From Alphaproteobacteria bacterium (GTDB lineage: Bacteria > Pseudomonadota > Alphaproteobacteria > UBA11222): a DNA stretch of 64,000 nt. Within the stretch, counting starts at the first letter, position 1; each line of letters starts with the position of its first letter. This document shows, piece after piece, positions 56,835 through 64,000 of the stretch. Where the stretch lies: positions 8,728 to 72,727 of the forward strand of contig JBBQCS010000004.1 of assembly GCA_038318895.1 (NCBI GenBank), read 5' to 3'. The translations under genes and the position numbers were made by a program. A model generated the notes under the pieces. That model saw only the letters and a list, made by a program, of their open reading frames with translations. It searched no databases and was not told where the DNA came from.

Positions 56835-57653
56835 CTAGTCTTCCGTAGACGTTGCATTCAGCATATCGGGGTGCGGCATGCCGATAACATTATAGCCTGC
56901 ATCCACATAATGAATTTCGCCGGTGGTGCCGGCGGACAAATCACTTAGCAGATAAAGTCCCGCGCCACCCAGATTTTCGAGATCCACATTCCTGCGCAAT
57001 GGCGCATGTTCGCGCGCAGTGCGGTAGACATAACGCGCCGAGCCAATGGCGGAACCGGCCAGGGTGCGCATCGGACCTGCGGAAATCGCATTTACCCGAA
57101 TACCCTGTGGACCCAGATCGGCGGCCAGATAGCGCACACTGGCCTCCAGCGCCGCCTTCGCGACTCCCATGACATTATAATCCGGCATTACCTTGACCGC
57201 ACCCATATAGGTCAGCGTCACAATCGCGCCGCCATTTTTCATCAGCGGCGCGGCACGGCGCGCCACTTCATTGAGCGAAAAGCAGGAAATATCCATGGTG
57301 TGCAGGAAATTTTCCCGCGTCGTATCAAGAAACCGCCCCTTGAGTTCTTCCTTATCGGAATAGGCAATCGCATGAACGATAAAATCAATCTGTCCCCAGA
57401 CGGTTTCCAGCACGGCGAAAACATTATCCATGCTGTCGCGGTCGGACACGTCGCATGGCACCATCAGGCTAGACCCGACCGAATCCGCCAGAGACTGCAG
57501 ACGTTTGCCAAAAGCCTCATTCTGATAGGTAAACGCCATTTCCGCGCCATGTTCGCCCAGGGCCTTGGCAATGCCCCAGGCGATCGAGTGATCATTGGCG
57601 ATACCCATCACCAGGCCGCGCTTGCCGGCCATCAGTTTGCCCGTGCCGGTCAT
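56835..57653 (-). CDS. fabI: Enoyl-ACP reductase
   Basis: GIANDHSIAWG, YNVMGVAK, ISAGPMRT. Confidence 0.96.
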   Translation of the reverse strand: MTGTGKLMAGKRGLVMGIANDHSIAWGIAKALGEHGAEMAFTYQNEAFGKRLQSLADSVGSSLMVPCDVSDRDSMDNVFAVLETVWGQIDFIVHAIAYSDKEELKGRFLDTTRENFLHTMDISCFSLNEVARRAAPLMKNGGAIVTLTYMGAVKVMPDYNVMGVAKAALEASVRYLAADLGPQGIRVNAISAGPMRTLAGSAIGSARYVYRTAREHAPLRRNVDLENLGGAGLYLLSDLSAGTTGEIHYVDAGYNVIGMPHPDMLNATSTED

Positions 57654-57686
57654 CCTCAAGCGCTCCTTTTTTTATTTTTCATAAAC

Positions 57687-58901
57687 TTAACCAAGCCGGG
57701 AAAAGGCTAGGCACGCATTTGTCCCGCCAAAACCAAAGCTGTTGGACAACACCGTGTTCAGGCCTGCATTGTCGACCCGTTCCCGGACAATGGGCATGCC
57801 TTCGGCACGCGGATCGAGTTGCTCGATATTGGCGGACACACAGACAAAATCATTGTTCAGCATCAGCAGCGAATAGATCGCCTCATGCACTCCTGTCGCG
57901 CCTTGACTATGGCCCGTTAGCGACTTGGTGGAACTGATAAGCGGAATTTTGCCGCCGAACACCTCGGCAATGCCCTCAAGCTCAATGGTGTCGCCGACCG
58001 GCGTCGAGGTGCCGTGCGCATTGATATAGTTGACCGGGCCATCGACTGTCGCCAGCGCCATGCGCATACAACGCACCCCCCCTTCCCCCGAGGGCTGCAC
58101 CATGTCGACGCCGTCGGAGGTTGCGCCATAGCCGGTTAGCTCGCCATAGATCTTGGCCCCGCGCGCCTTGGCATGTTCCAGTTCCTCAAGCACCAGACAT
58201 CCGCCGCCGCCGGAAATCACAAAGCCGTCGCGATTGGCGTCATAGGCGCGCGACGCTTTTTCAGGGGTGTCATTATATTTGCTGGACAGCGCCCCCATGG
58301 CGTCGAACAGCACCGTCAATGTCCAATCCAGTTCCTCTCCGCCGCCTGCAAACATGATGTCCTGCTTGCCATACTGAATTTGTTCCGCCGCGGCGCCAAT
58401 GCAGTGGGCGCTGGTCGAACAGGCCGACGAGATCGTATAGTTCAGCCCCTTGATGCGAAAAGCTGTCGAAAGATTGGCTGAGGTGCTGCTGGACATATTG
58501 CGCGGGACCATGAACGGACCAACTTTTTTCGGCCCCTTCTCACGCGCCGTATCGCAGGCCAGCAAAATATTATGGGTCGAGGGGCCACCAGAGCCGACAA
58601 TTATACCCGTGCGCTCATGCGATACCTCGCCCGGGGTAAGCCCCGCATCACGGATCGCCTGATCCATGGAAATATAGGCGTAGGCCGCCGCATCCCCCAT
58701 GAAACGCTTGAGCTTGCGGTCAATGACTTCTTCCGGATCAATTTTCAGCGTACCCGCGACATGACTGCGAAACCCCATTTCGCGATAGGTTTCGCAAAAT
58801 TCGATGCCGGAGCGGCCTTCGCGCAGACTGGCCAGCACCTGCTGACTATCATTGCCAATGCTGGATACGATGCCCATGCCCGTAACCACGACACGTCTCA
58901 T
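57687..58901 (-). CDS. fabB: Beta-ketoacyl-ACP synthase I
   Basis: [27 protein letters not shown]; fabA-fabB-fabI synteny. Confidence 0.97.
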   Translation of the reverse strand: MRRVVVTGMGIVSSIGNDSQQVLASLREGRSGIEFCETYREMGFRSHVAGTLKIDPEEVIDRKLKRFMGDAAAYAYISMDQAIRDAGLTPGEVSHERTGIIVGSGGPSTHNILLACDTAREKGPKKVGPFMVPRNMSSSTSANLSTAFRIKGLNYTISSACSTSAHCIGAAAEQIQYGKQDIMFAGGGEELDWTLTVLFDAMGALSSKYNDTPEKASRAYDANRDGFVISGGGGCLVLEELEHAKARGAKIYGELTGYGATSDGVDMVQPSGEGGVRCMRMALATVDGPVNYINAHGTSTPVGDTIELEGIAEVFGGKIPLISSTKSLTGHSQGATGVHEAIYSLLMLNNDFVCVSANIEQLDPRAEGMPIVRERVDNAGLNTVLSNSFGFGGTNACLAFSRLG

Positions 58902-58921
58902 AAGGTCCTCCCTTCGCGCAT

Positions 58922-59440
58922 TTACGGCGCTTCGCCTGCTTTGACCAGCCCCACTTTTAAATCTTCTGCACGGCAGGTCTCCATGCCATCCACACTGATA
59001 CTGCCGTCCGCAACCCCCATGACCAGCCTGCGGTTGATGACGCGCTTCAGATCCAACCGATAGGTTAGCAGTTTATGCTTCGGTTCGACCATGCCGGTAA
59101 GCTTTACCTCGCCTACCCCCACGGCCCGTCCGCGGCCCTGTCCGCCAAGCCATCCAAGAAAGAACCCCACCAACTGCCACAGGGCGTCAAGCCCAAGACA
59201 CCCGGGCATGACCGGGTCGCCTTCAAAGTGGCAGGGGAAAAACCATAAATCCGGACGGATGTCGAGCTCGGCCACGATTTCACCCTTGCCATGCGCGCCC
59301 CCCGTATCGGAAATCCGGGTAATGCGGTCAAACATCAGCATGGGCGGCAGCGGCAATTGCGCGTTACCGGGGCCAAACATCTGGCCATGGCCACAGCGCA
59401 GCAAATCTTCATAATCCAGTTTCGCCGGTTTATTCGGCAT
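58922..59440 (-). CDS. fabA: 3-hydroxydecanoyl-ACP dehydratase/isomerase
   Basis: [28 protein letters not shown]. Confidence 0.97.
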   Translation of the reverse strand: MPNKPAKLDYEDLLRCGHGQMFGPGNAQLPLPPMLMFDRITRISDTGGAHGKGEIVAELDIRPDLWFFPCHFEGDPVMPGCLGLDALWQLVGFFLGWLGGQGRGRAVGVGEVKLTGMVEPKHKLLTYRLDLKRVINRRLVMGVADGSISVDGMETCRAEDLKVGLVKAGEAP

Positions 59441-59522
59441 CAGTCATCCCTTCAGGACGGAGTCCATTTTTTTCGTGATCTGGGGTAACATATCGTAACA
59501 ATCCGCGAAAGCGGTTTACGCA

Positions 59523-61241
59523 TTATTCCTCTTTCCGGGCCAGCGCGATGGCGGCGGGGAAGTCATCCGTAAACCGCAATCGCACGGAAACAGTATAAAG
59601 CCCCATCCGTTCCAGCACCTGGCGCGGCTGCGGCAGAATGCCCGTCACAATAACGCCCGTTCCATGCGCCTCACAGCGGCGCAGAAACTCTCCCAAAGCA
59701 CCCACCCCCGACGCATCTATCATGGGAACATCACGCATTCTCAGGATTATAATCCTTGGCCAGGGTCCGAAAATCGCGTCGAGTATATCGCCAAGCCGCG
59801 CCGCGTTACCGAAAAAAAGCGGCCCGCGCAGCCGGTACACCTCAACGCCTTCAGGCAGCGTATCGCGCTGTGTGTAGCCGCCATTAGGCAACCGGGTGAG
59901 GTCATCCATATCTCCCTCCAGCAGCTTAATCCCGTGTTGCAGCGCATCGACCTGCGACATGCGGTGCATGAACAACACCGCCGCCAGAACCACCCCTACC
60001 TCGATCGCCACGGTGAGATCGACCATCACCGTAAGTCCAAAGGTCAGCAGCAACACGAACTGATCGCCGCGTGGCGCACGCATCAGGGCACGGAACTTAT
60101 CCACCTCGCTCATATTCCAGGCGACAACGACCAGAATTGCCGCCAGCGACGCCATGGGAATAAATGCCGCCAGCGGCGACAGCAGCAGGACAAACAGGAG
60201 CAAAAACAGCGCATGAATTATCCCGGCGAGGGGCGACCGAGCACCGGACCGGATATTGGTGGCGGTGCGCGCAATGGCCCCCGTGGCCGGCATGCCGCCA
60301 AACAGCGCCGAGGCAATATTGGCGCCCCCCTGCGCCACCAGTTCGCAATTCGAGCGATGCCGCCGCCCGGTCATGCCGTCCGCCACCATGGCCGAGAGCA
60401 GACTTTCAACGCCTGCCAGAAACGCAATGGTAAATGCGCTGGGCAGCAGTTCCTGTAATCGCGCAAACGTGATTTCCGGCCAGTGCGGCATCGGCAGGCT
60501 GCTGGGGATGCCGCCAAAGCGGGAGCCTATCGTATCGACCGGGAAATTCAGCAGATACACGAGCAGCGAGGCCGCAATAACGGCGATCAGAAAGCCAGGC
60601 CATTTTGGCGCCAGACGCCGCAGCGCGATGATCACTCCAAGTGCGCCAAACGCCACCCCCGCCGCCCACAGGTTTACGCTGGCGCGCGCGTCCCAGAACG
60701 CCTCCCATTTGGCAACAAATTCGGCCGGTAAATTAGCCATCGAAAGCCCGAAAAGATCGCCGATCTGGCTGGAAAAAATTATCACCGCAATACCAGACGT
60801 GAACCCGGTGACGACCGGGTCGGGGATATATTTAATCCAGTCGCCAAAACGGGCAATGCCCGCAACTAGCAGCATGGCGCCCGCCATCAGGGTGGCCAGC
60901 ACCAACCCATCATAGCCATGCGCATGAATGACGTTGAACACCACGACCACAAACGCGCCAGTCGGCCCGCCAATCTGAAACCGGCTACCGCCCAGTGCGG
61001 AAATCAAGAACCCCGCCACGATCGCGGTAATCAAACCCTTGTCCGGGGTTGTGCCAGAAGCGATCGCCAGCGCCATGGCCAACGGCAAAGCCACAATCGC
61101 GACGGTCAGCCCGGCCACGGCGTCATCGCGAAAATCCCGCGCGCGATAGCCTTCGCGCAGCACCGTGTACAGCTTCGGCACAAACAGATGCCATGCGGGT
61201 GCGGCGGGAGAAGCCGTAGGTGGGTGGGGATGATTATCCAT
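59523..61241 (-). CDS. SulP/SLC26 anion transporter with STAS domain
   Basis: AGLTVAIVALPL, QIGGPTGAF, GAIARTA, GPLFFG and IDASG STAS motifs. Confidence 0.95.
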   Translation of the reverse strand: MDNHPHPPTASPAAPAWHLFVPKLYTVLREGYRARDFRDDAVAGLTVAIVALPLAMALAIASGTTPDKGLITAIVAGFLISALGGSRFQIGGPTGAFVVVVFNVIHAHGYDGLVLATLMAGAMLLVAGIARFGDWIKYIPDPVVTGFTSGIAVIIFSSQIGDLFGLSMANLPAEFVAKWEAFWDARASVNLWAAGVAFGALGVIIALRRLAPKWPGFLIAVIAASLLVYLLNFPVDTIGSRFGGIPSSLPMPHWPEITFARLQELLPSAFTIAFLAGVESLLSAMVADGMTGRRHRSNCELVAQGGANIASALFGGMPATGAIARTATNIRSGARSPLAGIIHALFLLLFVLLLSPLAAFIPMASLAAILVVVAWNMSEVDKFRALMRAPRGDQFVLLLTFGLTVMVDLTVAIEVGVVLAAVLFMHRMSQVDALQHGIKLLEGDMDDLTRLPNGGYTQRDTLPEGVEVYRLRGPLFFGNAARLGDILDAIFGPWPRIIILRMRDVPMIDASGVGALGEFLRRCEAHGTGVIVTGILPQPRQVLERMGLYTVSVRLRFTDDFPAAIALARKEE

Positions 61242-61385
61242 GTAGTTAACTATATCAGATGGACCGCAAGCGGCGGTAAAAATTAACTAATTTTGACACT
61301 TCAGAAGTAACCAACCTTAGGACTCGGTTAATACTCTCTAATTAAAATTAAGTATCCGGTGCATTGTGAACCTTGAGGATTGAGC

Positions 61386-63095
61386 ATGAGTTGGACACGC
61401 GGCCGAAACGTGACCTCCTGGCTTTTTGCCAGTGGCATTGGGCTGCTGTTTGTTCTGGCCGTTGCAGCGCTTGTAATTAGTCTGAAAGTTTTGCATGCGG
61501 ACGAGGAGGCGGTTGAACAGCGCACAATAAGTTTGGGCCTTGAGACTGTTTTCCTGTCACTCGTGGCGGCGCAAAACTCTGTTCGCGGATATATCGTCAC
61601 TAATAATCCAAATTTTTTGGCACCCTATCATGCCGAACTTGAGAAAATCAGAATTCTGCAGAGAGATTTTGATGAATATTGGATACTTTCAAAAGAGGAA
61701 TTAGATACTCTAAAAACTCAGATCGCTGAACATCAAAAGGTATTGGACAGCCAAATCGCATTGACAAACAGCGCTGGCGCCAAAGCAGCAATAATGCTTG
61801 TAAACGGCGCCGGCGACAGAGTACGCCAAATTCAAATTTCAGTCCGCGATTTGTTAGTGAAGGTGACCAAAGAATCTGATTTTATACAGTCAAGATGGAA
61901 ATCTAAGAGTGTAGCTTTACTGCCTTTTATTATTATTTCGCTGCTAGTTTCCGCCTGTTTGTCGTTGGCGCAATTCATCCTGTTCCGCCGTGAAATTTCT
62001 CTTCAGCAGACAGCTGAGGCAGCCCTGCAAGCTCAGAGACAAAGTATTGAAATTTCCTCGCGCTTTTCCGAGACACTGCAGGCCGCCAAATCGCGGGACG
62101 AATGCTACGAGATAATTCAAAGCTATGGCGACACCATTTTCCAGGGGAATGGAGGCGTTCTTTACGTCTACAATAATTCGAGAGATCAGCTCGAACTTGC
62201 GACACGTTGGGGCGGGAAGGAGGACGACCCGGTCGTGGAACATTTCGGTCCAGATGAATGTTGGGCGTTGCGGCGCGGGCGCTTGTATACAGGTTCAGAG
62301 GTAGAAGGCCAAACTGACTGCGGCCATCACCTGAACGATCATCCTCGCAATTATATTTGCCTTCCGATTACGGCGTGCGGGCAAACTTCAGGCCTATTAT
62401 ATCTGTTTACGGAAAATTCTGAGCATGGCGTTCTTGATACGCTCACAGAACAAGCCATTATGTTTACCGATCACCTTTCCCTGGCGCTGATGAATCTCCA
62501 GTTGAGCGAAAGTCTCCGGAATCAAGCCATTCGAGACAGTCTGACTGGATTGTTTAACCGGCGGATTCTGGATGAGATCCTCATTCGTGAATTCGCCCTT
62601 GCGGATCGTAATAAATACCACATCTCATTCATGATGCTGGATATTGATCATTTCAAGAAGTTCAACGATACCCATGGCCACGGCTTCGGCGATCAGGTGA
62701 TACAAAAAGTTGCGGAGCTCATCTCTTCCATGGCGCGGCAATCGGATACAGTTTGCCGCTATGGCGGAGAAGAGTTCCTTATCATTTTCGCAAATTGCGA
62801 TCCTGAACAAGCGGTGGTCAAGGCGGAGAAAATACGGCTTGCTGTTAACGCCCTTGAACTGGGCGATACTGGTTCTGACAGCGTCTCCATATCCGTATCT
62901 ATTGGAATTGCCTGTTATCCGGATAGCGCAGACAATAAGACGGATGTAATCAAACTTGCCGACGAGGCCTTGTATCGGGCCAAACGCAATGGCCGTGATC
63001 AGGTATGTGTCTATGAAGAAACACCAGACGAACCAGAAGGGATGGCGAGACTGGCCAATGTTCTCTCAGCGGGTGTCAAAAACGCTTTCGGCTAA
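61386..63095 (+). CDS. CHASE3-GAF-GGDEF diguanylate cyclase
   Basis: TM-CHASE3 (VRGYIVT...FLAPY)-TM, GAF (ECWALRRG), DSLTGLFNRR, RQSD I-site, RYGGEEF. Confidence 0.93.
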   Translation: MSWTRGRNVTSWLFASGIGLLFVLAVAALVISLKVLHADEEAVEQRTISLGLETVFLSLVAAQNSVRGYIVTNNPNFLAPYHAELEKIRILQRDFDEYWILSKEELDTLKTQIAEHQKVLDSQIALTNSAGAKAAIMLVNGAGDRVRQIQISVRDLLVKVTKESDFIQSRWKSKSVALLPFIIISLLVSACLSLAQFILFRREISLQQTAEAALQAQRQSIEISSRFSETLQAAKSRDECYEIIQSYGDTIFQGNGGVLYVYNNSRDQLELATRWGGKEDDPVVEHFGPDECWALRRGRLYTGSEVEGQTDCGHHLNDHPRNYICLPITACGQTSGLLYLFTENSEHGVLDTLTEQAIMFTDHLSLALMNLQLSESLRNQAIRDSLTGLFNRRILDEILIREFALADRNKYHISFMMLDIDHFKKFNDTHGHGFGDQVIQKVAELISSMARQSDTVCRYGGEEFLIIFANCDPEQAVVKAEKIRLAVNALELGDTGSDSVSISVSIGIACYPDSADNKTDVIKLADEALYRAKRNGRDQVCVYEETPDEPEGMARLANVLSAGVKNAFG

Positions 63096-63124
63096 CTTGA
63101 CAGCACATATAAAGCTGGACAAAT

Positions 63125-63316
63125 GCTGGCGCGGTGCGGGTAGCGATCGCCAGCGCTATGGCCAACAGTGAAGCCATGATAGCAACGGTCACACCGGCGA
63201 TGGTGTCATCGCCAAAATCCCACGCCCGATAGCCCTCCTGTATACAACTTCGGCACAAACAGATGCCATGCGGGTGCCGCGGGAGACGTGATGCTCGGGT
63301 GGCGATGAATATCCAT
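63125..63316 (-). pseudogene. Degenerate 5' fragment of sulP
   Basis: Encodes AAPAWHLFVPKLYT then, after a frameshifting ~8-nt deletion, EGYRAWDFGDDTIAGVTVAIMASLLAIALAIA; matches the start of sulP (61050-61241). Confidence 0.85.
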
Positions 63317-63463
63317 GTACGTGAGCGTATCAGGTGCGCCGTTATTGATGGGAAAATTTGACCAGTTTCCTATAGTTTCAGCGACAATTTTCCTTAGCTC
63401 TTGGTTAACAAATGCTGGCTAAGATTAGTTATAAAGTGCAATGTTTATGATCTGGAACTGGCG

Positions 63464-64000
63464 ATGGGTTGGCTGCTTAAACGGCGAATAACGACTTGGC
63501 TTCTTACCGCCGGTATTGGAACCCTTCTGGTGCTGGCGATCGGCTCCCTGTCGCTCGGCTCGAAAATTCAACGATTAGCCACCGACACGCTTGAACTAGT
63601 GCGAACAGAGCGCGCCCTGAAAGATCTTGAGCTTAATCTCATCGATTCGCTGAATGGCATCCGCGGGTATATTATCACAGGCAATCCGGACTATCTGGAT
63701 GCATATTACCTCGGAGTTCAGCACATTGCCGAAATTCAGCCGCGCCTTGCCATTCATCTAAAGGCTGCCCACGGGGAAGCGCTCAATCTGAATGAACTGA
63801 TTGAACAACGGCTAAAACTTATGTCCATCATGCTGGACACAAAACACTCCAAAGGCCCGGATGCCATAAAATCGGAATTGAACGAAGGCTCAAACAAAAA
63901 AGCCATGGACCACTTACGCTCCGTCATTCAAAGCGAAGGTCGAAGTCTCAAGTGGAAAGTTGTCGAGGCCGCGACGGAGATACAGACCCTGACGGATGCG
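63464..64000 (+). CDS. CHASE3-domain sensor protein, paralog of the upstream DGC (truncated by window end)
   Basis: Manual translation MGWLLKRRITTWLLTAGIGTLLVLAI...NGIRGYIITGNPDYLDAY; open to the window end. Confidence 0.85.
   Translation, partial: MGWLLKRRITTWLLTAGIGTLLVLAIGSLSLGSKIQRLATDTLELVRTERALKDLELNLIDSLNGIRGYIITGNPDYLDAYYLGVQHIAEIQPRLAIHLKAAHGEALNLNELIEQRLKLMSIMLDTKHSKGPDAIKSELNEGSNKKAMDHLRSVIQSEGRSLKWKVVEAATEIQTLTDA

Overview
GC-rich alphaproteobacterial chromosome segment. 1-25.3 kb (minus strand) is a complete dcw cluster (mraZ-rsmH-ftsL-ftsI-murE-murF-mraY-murD-ftsW-murG-murC-murB-ddl-ftsQ-ftsA-ftsZ) followed by lpxC-bamD-recN-ligA and a truncated membrane adenylate/guanylate cyclase. 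Next come a CBS-domain histidine kinase, RNase P RNA, an amidase, a DMT transporter, a TerB/DnaJ protein, a PilZ protein, a sahR-metF-split metH operon, mlaA-mlaC, ettA and tRNA-Ile2(CAT). Downstream of the tRNA is an accessory-looking block (40-50 kb): a ~200-nt highly structured non-coding element, an acyltransferase, a Cle-like response regulator, a methyltransferase, a tandemly amplified lactonase/dehydrogenase array (PTE-SDR-SDR-PTE-SDR) divergent from a double-hotdog dehydratase, a frameshifted hsp20 with an FNR/FixK box and an AGE-family isomerase. The rest holds a radical SAM gene with a LexA box, a TIGR04283/TIGR04282 transferase pair, moaB, slt, udg, trxB, fabI-fabB-fabA, sulP, and a duplicated sulP-5'-end/CHASE3 diguanylate cyclase unit. 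The best novelty candidates are the PTE/SDR array with its hotdog partner and the tRNA-adjacent structured element. All assignments are from motif recognition by eye; no database searches were run.
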